DNA from: the human T2T-CHM13v2.0 reference genome, Homo sapiens
DNA length: 64,000 nt
NCBI RefSeq assembly: GCF_009914755.1
Contig: NC_060942.1
Direction: 5' to 3' (one strand)
Shown: piece by piece, positions 32,021 to 46,650 of the stretch
Numbering within the stretch: the stretch's first letter is position 1
Layout of the letters: each line of letters starts with the position of its first letter
Position numbers and translations under genes: made by a program
The notes under the pieces: model-generated
What the model was told of the DNA's origin: nothing
Databases searched by the model: none
What the model saw: the letters and a program-made list of their open reading frames with translations, nothing else

Positions 32021-32421
32021 TGTCTTAGTCTGTTTTGCGTTACTATAAAGGTGTATTCAAGACTGGGTAATTTATAAAGAAAAGAGGTTTATTTTGCTCA
32101 TGGTTCTACAGGTTTTACAAGCATGGCACCAGCATCTGCTAGGCTTCTGGTGAGGACTCAGGAAGTTTCCACTCATGGCAGAAAGCAAAAGGAAAGTAGG
32201 CATGTCATGTAGCAGGAGAGGGAGCAAGAGAGAAGAGAGGAGATGCTGGGCTCTTTTAAAAAAACAGCTTTCCCATGAACTAATTATCTCAAAGAGGGCA
32301 TCAAGTCATTCATAAGGGATCCACTCCAATGACCCAAACTTGCTCACTAGGCCCATCTCCAATATTGGAGGTCACATTTCAACTTGAGATTTGCAGGAGA
32401 CAAAACATCCATCCCATACTA
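32021..32421 (-). mobile_element. MSTB-like MaLR solo LTR
   Basis: tgtcttagtctgtttt...gactgggtaatttataaagaaaagaggttt. 5-bp TSD ccaac at 32016-32020 and 32422-32426. Confidence 0.88.
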
Positions 32422-32469
32422 CCAACTCAATCATTCCATGAATACACAAAGAGATCACCTATTAGTTTT

Positions 32470-33250
32470 AATTACTTATTATCATGTATCAAGTACTAAA
32501 CAAAGATTATGTCATTTAATCCTTACAGAAAATTTTGAAGTAGGACATTTTTTGTTCTCGTTGTTTGTTTTGCTGAAGCGTAAATGACATCTTTTGAGAA
32601 GTGGATTATTTTACCCAAGGTCATACAACTATAATTAGTGGAGCTAGGAACTAAGACTGTAACATTTCAAAATGGTTATATACAATCTAATGTCTTTTAT
32701 AGGTAAACATAATACATCCAAGATAAAAGCTTCTTTATCTCATGATATTATCCCCACTTATAATTATTCAATGTCTCTCCGTCCCTAAGCAAAAGCACAC
32801 ATTTCTTGGTATGGCTTAGAAAACGTTTTTTATCTAGCCACACCCTGCATTTTTTATAAGCTTTCCTGCTTCCGCTTTCTATTTCCCACTTCATACATGT
32901 ATGTCACTTCCATATGGAATGAGAGTTTAAGCTTTTCATTTTTGGCTAATGCTTTTTCTCTGTCAGGAAACAGTGACCAACTTCACCTACATAATTTGGT
33001 TATCTCTCTGGATAGCTAGAGTCAGCTTTTCTAGGAAGCCTGTCCTGAATCCCCAATTTGAACCAAGTCCATACTCTGTTCTGCTAAACATAGTCTGTCA
33101 TAACATTTGCCACCTCACACTTTTTTTTTATTTTTGCAGGATAGGCTGCAAGAAGGCTCAAGCAGAAATGCTATCTACTCTTGTATCTCAAGCATACAGC
33201 ATAGGGTCTGATATATAGTGGAAACACAACAAAAGTTGGTTCACTAAGCT
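32470..33250. mobile_element. MIR (~32470-32665, -) and L2 (~32720-33250, +) fragments
   Basis: cccaaggtcatacaacta...gtggagctagg for MIR. ttctaggaagcctgtcctga and tagggtctgatatatagt for L2. Confidence 0.6.
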
Positions 33251-35648
33251 AAACTGAAATATCTTTATAGTAAAAGGCATACATTAATATTTATAAAAAT
33301 TTTCACATTAAAATGTATTTGGCAGTGTTTACAAACATTGTTCTATCATTGTTCCATCTTAAGTTGCCTCGTTCTCCTAATGTGATTTAACAATCTTTGG
33401 CAAGGGAAACTTCATCCTTCCACAATCAGGAAATGGGATGACTACATGTCACGTACATGTCATAGATCTCCTCAATGACCAAAATTCCCCACAAATCAAG
33501 ATTTGTGTCTGGTTTGTAGTATGAGAGGTGGATGAATTGACCTCATCTAACCAGACACTGTTAAGCAAGGTGCACAATTAGGGAATTCATGATTATCGTT
33601 CAGTGGATTTCAATCTGAGTATGATTTTTTTTCCTGTTGCAGCTATAATTAGTGTAAGAAATATGAAACTGTATCCCATAGTTATTTAACAACCACATTA
33701 AATTGTCATGAACTTTGACCATTTTTACCTTCAGTAAACAGGAACGTATACATGAATAATTTTCCATAAGAGAGATTGCATATTCTACAAAAATTATCCT
33801 ATTTAAGTTTTATTTTCAGAATTTACAAATCAGCTTTTATAAAAGTTAGGCAGGACAGCTAAAGACAACAAATTTCTCATTTATCTGTTACTATACTCTC
33901 AAAAATTAGCTGTTTGAGGCTGGCTATTGGAAGCATATAAGAGAGAAACAAATCTTTAACACCTACTAAAATAAATAATTTAGTAGTTTTTTTCTACAGA
34001 TCATTAATTGATTCCTCACTCAGAACCTAGCTTCAAAATAGCAATCCTCTTTTTTTTTTTTTTTTGTCAAGAACTTTATACAAGTAAATTCCTTCATTAA
34101 CTCGAAGAAAAACAACCTAATGTTCCCTGGAGACTGAAATACTCATGCCTCTGGTGCTGCCTTACAGGCTGGAATTAACAGTTACTAATCTGTTATTTCT
34201 TGTGCAGAGCACCTCTAACTCCTTCTCTGATTCTATAGTTAATTAAAACAACACTGCTTGGTTCACACTGCATAATGTCAAATTCTCTTAAAACTCAAGT
34301 CTTCCTCCTAATACTAAAAAGTCAGATAAAACTGACCGAGTGAATTTACCAGATACCTAAATCAAAAGCACAACATCATTCTTCACAGAAAGTGCAAGCA
34401 AATCGTTTTATTCCTGTTTGCGGAGCTTAACTTTCTGCAAAAGTAATTAGGTCTATAATTAAAAAGCTATTTGGAATGATTAAAACTCTGTTATCTTGTG
34501 GCATTTAAAGACAAATGCAAATGTCAGAAAGGATGAATTCATTAAAATTTCTATTTAAGAAAAAAATTGTGGATAGAAGGTGTTATTTATTAAAATGTTA
34601 CAGTTTCAGAGAAGTTTTGATCTGTAAAGAAGACACTGAAGGTGGGAGGTATCTTTTTGTGTTAATATTGTACAATGTAGGTAGCATTTGTAGTAGCATT
34701 TGATGTAGCAATCAGTTGCTATTCACAAATATTTATTTTGAGGGTTATTTTAAACTAACAACTGATGTCACAGTGTTATTTCAAAGATGATGTCATTTTT
34801 CTGAAGGACTAACTTTTTCCATATATTAAGACTTCTCAATGTATCTAGTTTGGAGTTAACTATCATATATATATACATATAGTTGTCTATCTAAAAAGCT
34901 ATAGTATGTTATCAATTGAGATTTTCAAGCTGTGAATTCAAAGGCCAATTACTTTGAATGAAATGGTCAAGTTTTTAAGTCTCCTGTTGCCCAAACAATC
35001 TAATAAAATTAAAGAAAGACAACTGAGGCACTGTGGAAACTCTTGGGCTGCATGCTGTTTAATGATCATTTTCAAACCAATGTGGTTTAGGAGCAGTCTG
35101 CTGGTGGTCTCCAGTTAAGTGTGTTGCCTTCCTTGAAAGAAAGTGAAGTTATTCCTGAACAAGCGAAATGTATCTCTAGTGATGGAAGTTATTGACTAGT
35201 ATCACATGTGCTTTGTATGACCATAATATCACACATTCCCTATATCTTTAGCATTTCTATTCAACTCATCATTAGAAATATAAGAAAGCATACGCATAGA
35301 GAAATAAACTTTAAGAAGGCATATTGTGAAATAATGGCGACATTAACTATCACCAAAAACAGCAATAAAACCAATCAAACAAACAAACAAAAAAACTTTC
35401 CTTTAGATATTATCCTGAAATTCAGGATTAATAAAAAGGATACAGACAGAAACTCATCATGATTGGTTGGAAATAAGAAATATTGTTTTATTTAGTCATT
35501 AGTGAATCACGTACAAAGCCAAGAGCAAATAAGATAAGGATTACTGAGTAGAATATCAGTCCTGAATTTTAAAATAATAATCTTTTCTCTAATTTGATAT
35601 ATGGTCTCATAGCGTCATTATTTTTCTACAATTTAAAAAGGCATATAC

Positions 35649-35948
35649 GGCCAGGCATGGTGGCTCACACCTGTAATCCCAGCACTTTGGGAGGCAGAGG
35701 CAAGAGGATACTTTGAGCTCAGGAGTTAGAGACCAGCGTGGACAACATGGCAAAACTGCACCTCTTAAAAAAAAAAAAATTAGCCATGGGTGGTGGCGTG
35801 TGCCTGCAGTCCCAGCTACTCAGGAGGCTGAGGTGAGAGAATCACTTGAGCTCACTTGAGCTCAGGAAGCAGAGGTTGCAGTGAGCCAAGATAGCACCAT
35901 GGCACTCTAGCCTGGGCAATAGAATGAGACCCAGTCTCAATAAAAAGA
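35649..35948 (+). mobile_element. Alu (AluJ-type)
   Basis: Diverged sense Alu with an internal 10-bp tandem duplication tcacttgagc. Confidence 0.95.
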
Positions 35949-36132
35949 TAGAAAATAATTTTTAAAAAGAAATAAAGCCTAGCTATAAGAACCACATAAC
36001 ACACAAGGTGTCATGTGGCCTTGACTTCTCAGGATGTATTTTGCAAAAACAAAAAAAAAAAAAAAAAAAAAACCCCAAAAAAAACAGAATAGTCTCAAAG
36101 AGAACCAATCACCTCTTGAGAATGTAAACGAC

Positions 36133-37260
36133 AAGGCCCATGAACCAGTCATTTTCAGTGGTGTGATTGCAGATTTCACTCAGGGGGGATGAGAATCACT
36201 CTAATCAGAGGTTTTATACAGGAAACCTTCAGATACTTGATGTTAATGGGACTTAATATTTCCAATTTTTTAAACCCCATTATTGGAGTAACCGCAGGAT
36301 AGATGATAGAAAGCTGACAGGAGGTTTGTAGTTAGACTAAAAATCAAGGGATAAGAGCAAGAAATTATCTTGCAAAACTGAAACAGACAAAATAGAATCA
36401 TTCAAATGGAAAATTATGAATAAATGGAAACATTAAATAGATGAATCTGAATTCTGTTGCTGAAGAGATTATTAGAAATAGGATATCCAGTTTGAACAAA
36501 CAAACAAAAATAATGGATCTCAAGAAGACATTTCAATTATGTAATAATCACCTAGACATGCTCACTCTTAGCATATATTCTTTATCCTACACACAACTAT
36601 TAATAATGAATGGAATGCTCCGAAGGTAAAAATTATAGAAATAACCGTATTTTTGGCTCAGATCTACTCAAAATCAGAGAGTCCTTCGGTGAGAAACTAT
36701 ATGAATGTTGAAAATCTAGATATGCATTTAGTTCATACACACAGTTTATTTTATCATTGGATAATGTACAATGGTGACAAACCCTGAAATACAAGAAATG
36801 TGTGAAGGCCTTTAATAGTTGATAGTTTTTTTCACAGTATCTGAGAATTCATCCAGGTGAAAATCAATGAATACAAGGAGTGTCAGAAGGCCTTTCCACA
36901 TGACTCATGACTTCCCAAGCACAGGTTGGTTACAGTGGCAAGAAACTCTTTTGTAAGAAATGTGAAAAAGCATCTGGGAAGGGTTCCTATCTTACTGGCT
37001 ACCCCATAGGTGATAACTGGTGAGAAACCTTACAAATGTGGTCACTATGGTTAATATGGATAAAAATTTTAGGGCTCTAGAAAAAATCTGTTATACTCAA
37101 GAATTATTTCTCAACAAAGAATCCATTTCAGTGAGCAAATTTAAAATGAATGTTATGGCTTTGAGGCCTTTACATATAGCTTTTTAACTATCTCAGTACC
37201 AGACAATCTATATTATTTAGAAACCCTATGAATTGAACCACTGTAAGAACGCCTTTCTTT
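36133..37260 (+). pseudogene. Ancient processed KRAB-A/B C2H2 zinc-finger pseudogene
   Basis: KRAB-A relic AHEPVIFSGVIADFTQGG*ESL (from 36136), LYR, FRYLMLMGLNIS, KRAB-B RKLTGGL, spacer, then 7-8 decayed fingers (GEKLYEC, KKCVKAF, RIHPGE, KECQKAF, TGEKPYKC at 37016-37039, QRIHFSE, KPYELNHCKNAF). All contiguous, no introns. Confidence 0.88.
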
Positions 37261-37839
37261 TTCTGTTAGGATCACACAGCAACTTGAAAAAGAATATAAA
37301 AAAGAAGAAACTGCCCACAAACAAGTTATTTTGTTATTTTTTTAAGGGGAAGGTCATTATCAAGAGGCACTACTTTATTTGGTAAGTGAGCACTTTTGTC
37401 ATCTTTTAACATTTTTAAAATAAAAAATATATATATGAAAGAGTAATTCGGTGAATTTTGCTCCCTTTCTAAAACACTGTGTAGTTATATGCAGAACTTT
37501 TACATCTCTCTCATTTATTTCACTATACAATGCATATTATGAATCTAAGCTAATTTCAGCAAAATTCTTATCACACTACTCATTTCATATTTTCTTCCTC
37601 TCCTTTTTCCTACTTCTTGATATATTATATTCTTCTATGAATTTGTATTTCAGCATAGCCTCTTTTATACTTCTGATTAAATACTTATAATTGTTTCTAT
37701 ATTACACAGCAAACATTATTTTATTTTGTAAGTTAGCCCGTTTAACAAATAAATAACTAATAAATACATTGTCATTAGCTTAAAAGGAAGATATGTGAGC
37801 TTTTTGGTTCTATCTTTCACTGGGTATTTAAATTATTTA

Positions 37840-39020
<1,181 letters not shown>

Positions 39021-39024
39021 CTTC

Positions 39025-39216
39025 TAACTTTTTATTTTGAAGTCAGTTTAGACTTACAAATGTGCAAAAATGATACAGAGAATTCCCTCACCCACTTCAC
39101 CCAGCATCCTCTAATGATAATATCTTATGTAATTATAGCTTAATTACAGAAACCAGAAAAGTAACCTTTATTTAGTAGTATTAACTAATCCTGATTTAAC
39201 CCTTGGCAATTTTCTA
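39025..39216 (-). mobile_element. L1MC4/5-like 3' fragment
   Basis: ttttattttgaa...tttagacttaca...tacagagaattccc...cttcacccagc. Confidence 0.65.
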
Positions 39217-39219
39217 CTA

Positions 39220-39220
<1 letters not shown>

Positions 39221-39263
<43 letters not shown>

Positions 39264-39284
39264 ATATATATGTGTATATATACA

Positions 39285-39300
<16 letters not shown>
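39221..39300. repeat. (TA)n/(TG)n compound microsatellite
   Basis: Directly visible, abutting the Alu poly-T. Confidence 0.95.
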
Positions 39301-39318
<18 letters not shown>

Positions 39319-39611
39319 TTTTTTGAGACAGAGTCTCACTTGGTCACCCAGGCTGGAGTGCAGTGGTGCCATCTTGGCTTACTGCAAGCTCTGACTCTTG
39401 GGTTCACACCATTCTCCTGCCTCAGCCTCCCAAGTAGCTGGGACTACAGGCATCCGCCACCACGCCCGGCTAATTTTTTTTTTTTGTATTTTCAGCAGAG
39501 ATGGGTTTTCACTGTGTTCACCAGGATGGTCTCGATCTCCTGACCTCGTGATCCGCCTGCCTCGGCCTCCCAAAGTGCTGGGATTACAGGCGTGAGCCAC
39601 TGCACCTGGCC
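39301..39611 (-). mobile_element. AluY-like
   Basis: caagctc, ttcacaccattctcc and ggatggtctcgatctcc diagnostics. Confidence 0.95.
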
Positions 39612-39826
39612 TAGTATATATATATATATTTTTTTTTTTTAACTGTGCTATCACTATTTTAATGATAAGCAAATTGAATTGCAGTAGGGTTAGGTAACTT
39701 CCCTGACGTCCATAGTTTCCAAGTAACAAACACTGAAATAGAAGAAGGAAGAGAGAGAAGGAAGTTGGAAGGAGATTTTGTTAAATACACTAAATGAAAA
39801 TTATGTCTTTGTTTAAAACTTGTTAT

Positions 39827-40441
39827 TGTTGGTAGAAGAGCTGAGGCAGGACTGCCTTGTCTGTCATAATATAAAAGAGTCTTGGAAGATGTCCAGGGTC
39901 AAGGGTCTAAAACCCCTCGTGGCCTTTGGAACACCAAGCTCTTTGCCAAAGGATGGAAGGCCACCCTGCCGCACCACAAATCTAAGCCCAGGGCATAAAA
40001 CCCCTTGTGGCTTGGATGGAACCCAGGGCTCAGGGCATAAAACCCCTGGTAGCCTCTGGAATGTGCACAGACTTGTTAGTTCCTTGCTTCTTACTCATAA
40101 ACATGTCCTTTATTATCTCAAGCAGCAGAACATATTCTATATGCATCAACGAAAATGCTAAACCATCACAGCTTTGCTTAATGCACCACTACCTTTCTAC
40201 CCCCACGTCCTCACATCCTCACCTGTTTATCCTCACGTCTGCACATCCTCACCACCTGCTTGCTTGTTTGATCACCAATAAATAGTGTGGGCTCCCAGAA
40301 CTCAGGGCCTTCACAGCCTCCAATCTAGCATTGGCCTCCTGGACCCACTTTATGTACTCTTAACTTGTCTTTTCTCATTACTTTGACTCTGCCAGACTTT
40401 GTAGCCCCCGCAGCCTGGTTTTGGGCCTGATCACCCCAACA
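39827..40441 (+). mobile_element. LTR14B/C-like (HERV-K14 group) solo LTR
   Basis: TG...CA ends (tgttggtagaagagctgaggcagg ... ccccaaca), repeated cagggcataaaacccct, aataaa near 40277. Flanks gttat/attat. Confidence 0.8.
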
Positions 40442-40911
40442 ATTATGTTGTTTTTGCAAAGTTTTTAGTATGAGTCTTTTTTGTAAGGGTTGTGAATGTT
40501 AACAAACAGAGGTTGTGAAATTGTTCCTGATTTTGAATTTAATTGGGGTGAATAATACATATTTTCTGTAATTAATATTCTTGAGACCTATTATGTTGCT
40601 GTTTTCCAGATTTCTAGAAAACCTGAAAATTAAAAACTATGTTTAGAGAAAGTAGAATTATTTAAATGAAATGTATCAAGAAGAAACCTGTAAGGACATT
40701 GAAAGAGTTATTTTATTATGTTACTGATCCATTCAGTGCAAAAAGCACTTTTAACTTTCTTAGGGCAGGAAAGTTTTAATACAGAAGTTGTAACTTATTT
40801 AACTTCTTATTTACAGAAGTTGTAACTTTTGTAAATTTTATTTTGATTTTGCATGTGTTTGTTTTATTTTTAATCAATAAAATAATTTTTGAATATTATG
40901 TTAAGAGTCTT

Positions 40912-41209
40912 GGCTGGGTATGGTGGCTCATGCCTATAATGCGGGAGCTTTGAAAAGCTGAGGCAGGAGGATTATTTAAAGCTGGGAGTTGGGACCAGCC
41001 TGGTGAAGATGGTGAGATCCTGTCTCTAGAAAAATTTTTTTTCCAAGTCAGCTGGGCATGGTGGCATAGGCCTGTCATTCCAGGTACTAGGAAGGCTGAG
41101 GTGGGAGGATCACCTGAACCCAGGAATTCAAAGCTGCAGTGAGCTGATGACTGTACCAGGGCACTCCAGCCAGCGAAAGAAAGTGAGACTCAGTGTCAAG
41201 AAAAAAAAA
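40912..41209 (+). mobile_element. Alu (AluJ-type)
   Basis: ggtgggaggatcacctgaacccaggaattcaaagctgcagtgagct AluJ-like right arm. Confidence 0.94.
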
Positions 41210-41519
41210 TTCTTCACATAAATATGGCTGAATATCATCTTTAATTATCCAACAAGTAATTCCACTAGCCAATGAGAGCCCACAGGTCCGGAAGAAATCT
41301 TGGTTCTTAAAAAAGAAATTAGCATGTAGATAACACAGTAAGCATCAGACAGTGCAACAAGAAACTGAAGTATATAGAATAATTTATTTTAACAGGTATA
41401 TAAGAAGAGTAAGCAACTAAGCACCATTGGGTGGTATAGAAATAAAGTGTCTAGAATAAATAGGCATTATATTATTCAGAAATTAAACTTGATGCTAACA
41501 GCAAATTCAAACATAGCTA

Positions 41520-41720
41520 ATACTAATTGAATTTTTTCATTATGCGAGGCACTGTATAAGAGCTGCACAATCAATCTCTGCAAAAACCTACGAAGGAAAT
41601 ACTATTATTATCTTCATTTGACAAATGAATAAATTGAGACAGACATTAAATAACTGACAAAGCCACTCAGATAATCGTGGCAGAGCCAGTTTTGGAATCA
41701 AGGTTTTCAAACACTGGAGA
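41520..41720 (-). mobile_element. MIR fragment
   Basis: actattattatcttcatttgacaaatgaataaattgagac...gtggcagagccag. Confidence 0.7.
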
Positions 41721-43970
41721 CAGACACATACAAACTCCAAGCTACGAAGTAATTTAAACATTATTTAGCCCAATTTCAATTGTTTAATAATATAAAAAGT
41801 GTAAAGTAGTCAAATGACTCACTCAGATTAGGCCAGTTCTTTAGGTTCTAAGTTGCACTGGTCTGATTTCCTGAACTTCAGCCTAAATATTTATTTTTAT
41901 TAATAATATTACTGCTATTAATGTTGTAATGTTAACCATTTACGTACACAGATATATTTAAATATCTAGATATTTAAATATAGTTAAATTATGTGTATTT
42001 AAGTATATAAATAAGTACTTAAATATACTAATAAGGACTTACATATGTATAATTGATATATACTTGAATATATAATGCAGTTCATTCAGCATATTTTGAT
42101 AACTTGTGAATGAGATTTGCAAGTGGATAAATAGAGTGATTTTGAAAATGTTAATAAATTACAAACTCTGGTACTAGCTAGAATTGATATTAAGTCACCA
42201 TTCTATGAAGAACATTGGCTCGTTGTTAAAAATTGATTAAGAAGTATAATCTCTATATAAAATCTAATGCTGAAAATGTATTTTATTATATAAAGTTGTA
42301 ATAACTTCATGTAATAACTGACAAAGAAAACAAAGAAGTTATCACAACTTTTTGTAACCATATTCAAAAAATGTTTAGATTTCTCTCATTTTTTTTTCTA
42401 AATATTTACTTACAGTGAAAGAATTTCAGAAATGTGATACATTCTTACTCAGCCACTTGAAAAAACAGCAAATTATAACATGAGGCTCAGTTTTGCTCAG
42501 GTTTAAGGCACTAGTGTTTATAAAAAATAAAGCATATCTGGAAATAGGCATAATTGTATGCATTTTAGGCACTGTTTAGCTCAACAATACTGTTTTTCAA
42601 TTATTTCCACATTTAACCCAATAAAAATAATATAATGTGTATTTTTCAGTCCTGTGTAATGGTGTCTGTTATTCATGAACCTTAAATACTCAGTACATAC
42701 AATTTAGTTTATTATTCAGTGATGCTTGCAGTCTGTTTTAATGCTTGGAAGTGATCAAAGGAAGCAAATGCTTTAGAGTTTATCTAGTTCCGCTTCCTAA
42801 CCAAGCGAAACCCAAATAAGCTAGCTCAGCACAGTCCCAACCTGGTGTTTTTCATCATTTTTCAAATTCTTAACATTTGATTTGACTGATGGTTTCTGTA
42901 TGTCCTAGACGTCACATTGCCATGGTCACTAAGTAAAAAAATTTAGTTTTTATATCAAGTAACTTCTGAAACCAAATAATAAAACTATAAACCTCAGTGA
43001 AGAGTATGACAAAATGAGAAATGATCTGAATATATTTATATAGTATATTATTTTTATACAGTGGTATTAATACAAATTGATTCTCCATTTTTCTAAAAGA
43101 AGACAAAAAAGGCATCTCACATTCTTTTCCAGCACTCAATAGAACCAGGGCAATATAGATATCCGTTTATTGAAATGATTTTCTACTAACATACAGTTAA
43201 ATATTGTTCTCAATATGTGACGCACAAATCTTTCATTAATCATTAATTGGTATGTGCTGTTCATATGATTTCTTTTCTAAAGAGGTATAAGCAATACTTG
43301 TATTTTTCCCTGATCCTATAAACTAGTAGTGAGTGCAATAAACTGTTTTCTAGTAATGGCAGTTCCTAGAGGACGTTGTTAGCTCACAAGATGGAATTGT
43401 AGGATATATGTTGAACTGCTGTATTGAGACAGGAAGACCTCAGACACTTAACAGAATGTGTCTGTGGGAGTTCACTATTGTACACTATAGTACCTCAAAA
43501 TCTTTAAGACTTGGCATGAAATAACTTCTAAGCACACTGCAACTGTAAGCTAACACGCTGACACTGATGTCTTATTTGGGTAAAATCAAAGAAATCATAT
43601 AGCTGGGAAAGGATGAAACATCTATTTTCTGTGAGGTATCAACCACAAGGGAAGATACACCTTTTTAGAAGATTTTATTTTGATGCCAGCTAGAATCTTA
43701 CAGTCAGTAACTCAGTTTAAAAAGAAGTAAGTAATTACAAAAGAAATATTCCATCTGTCTGTTATTAAAATGGGATGGATATTATGATTCCTAGAAATGG
43801 CTTGTTTAGAGACAGATTATTCAATTTTCTGGCTGGAATACATTCATTTTTGAAGACTGCATGTCTATGATATCAATTTACTGTACTTTGGCTTTTGATC
43901 AAACTATACCCATTAAATTTTTTGTCATGTTAATGTTTAAATTCTTTGGTTCTCAAAATCAATACTATAA

Positions 43971-44452
<482 letters not shown>

Positions 44453-44769
44453 AGTGGAACTTACTTAACATCACTTAAGCAGTGATCACAAATTATCTGC
44501 AGTGAGCAAAGAACAAGATGATAAAACCATGGCAGCATTTCAAAGAAAACAAAACAAAACAAAACAAACGTGCATTTGTTGCTTCTTGAATATGTTGACT
44601 AGCAAAGGACAAAGATGATATTCACTTGCTGCAAACATTAAAGGAGTAAAAAACTTAAGTATTAGCAAAGCTGTTTTTGTCATTAAAGGCTATCCTATAC
44701 TTTCTACTTGTAGCTTAATTGTAGCCAGTATAGAGATTGAAAAATTGTCTAGTAATAGATAACAAATAC

Positions 44770-44990
44770 ATAGTAATTATTATTCATCAGGCACTCTTTT
44801 AATTGCTTTACACATATCACTTTTTTCAATCTTTGCCAACTGATGAAAAAGGTGTTATTATTATTCACATTTTATTGGTGATAAAACTCACAAAGTTAGT
44901 GTGACTTACCTAAGCGTCACACAGATAGTTTATTAAATAATGAACATTTGAGAACCGGCAGTCCATACTCTTAACACTCTGTCACTACAC
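44770..44990 (-). mobile_element. MIR fragment
   Basis: ttattattattcacattttattggtgataaaact...gtgacttacctaagcgtcacacagatagt. Confidence 0.65.
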
Positions 44991-45109
44991 CCTCTAAGAA
45001 AAGTAGTCTTGGTCACCATATACACTCTTGCAACCTACATACGCCTATGTTATGCCAGATTGGAGACAATTTTGTTCAGTATATGAAAATAAGAATATCA
45101 AAAGTGAGA

Positions 45110-45449
<340 letters not shown>

Positions 45450-46149
45450 TTACACCAACAGAGCCATAAACTTGGGGGCAAGATCAGAAAACATGGTCAG
45501 GAGAGTGAGCACAGGCGTTGTGTGGCAAAAGAAGTCAGCCCTACCTGAGCCCACACCAGGATATCCCCTACTATTCAAATCCTCACAGGAGTCCGGTTTT
45601 GCCTTTATGACACTGTGCTTGATTGTAATTGTTCGTAAAAATATGTGCATAATAATGTCTAATCATTTGCTAAATTGTATTTTCAGGTAGAATACTATGC
45701 CTGACACATTAGAAGTATTCAATAAGTACTTTCAAAGGATTCCAAGTTGAATACTCAGGAAAAGGGAAACTAAACAGAAAAAAAAAATTATAAGCAATTC
45801 CTAAAACTTTGCAAAAGACAAATTATTTTCAAAAAGAAGTTGCAAATTTTAATGGTGTCATTTGTCTGCTGATCTTTCACTGTGCTTTTTAACTTGGCAG
45901 TAAGTTATGAGACTGCAAGAGAGATATCTAAGGGCACTATTCTTTTTGGAAAGTAAATCTCAAATAGATGCTTTCTTAAGTCTTCCAAGTATTTTTAACT
46001 TTGATCAGAAATTCATTACTGTCTTTCATATAATAAATTAGCTGTGAACAAATCAACTAAATAAGAAATATACCATTAAACCAAATGCATAAAATTCTCC
46101 AAGCGTTTACCTACTGGGAAAAAAATATTTCCATCCTATCTTGAGAGTT

Positions 46150-46230
46150 TAATTTAATCCACCTATAAATCAGCAGATAAAACAAACTACGGTGTTTGTG
46201 TGTATATATATATATATCTGTGTATCTATC

Positions 46231-46267
<37 letters not shown>

Positions 46268-46650
46268 TGATATTATTCAGCCTTAAGGAGGAAAGAAATT
46301 CTGACACGTGCTAGAACATAGATTAACCTGAAATATATTAAGCTAAGTGAAATAAACCCATCATGAAACAACAAATAGTGTATGATTGCATTTATATAAG
46401 GTACTCAGAGAAGTAAATTTATAAAGACAAGAAAGTAGAATGACAGTCACCAAGGTTTAAACGAATTAAGGAATGGAAAGTTAAGGTTTAATGGGTACGG
46501 AGTTGTAGTTGGGGAAGATGAGAAAGGTTTGGAGATGAATGATAATGGTATTTGTACAACAACGTGACTATACTTACTATCACAGAACTGCACGCATGAA
46601 AATGGTTAAAATGGTAGCTCATGTTATGTATACTTTCCCTCAATGAAAAA
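46150..46650 (+). mobile_element. L1MB 3' end with internal (TA)/(CA)n at ~46200-46265
   Basis: tattattcagccttaa...gaaattctgacac...gctaagtgaaataa...gtttaatgggtac...ttggagatg. Confidence 0.82.

Noticed and set aside
33250-35640. Repeat-poor, TAAT-rich stretches (also ~27800-28300 and 1-700) as conserved enhancers
   Set aside because: Conservation cannot be seen from one sequence, and TAAT motifs are expected at this AT content.
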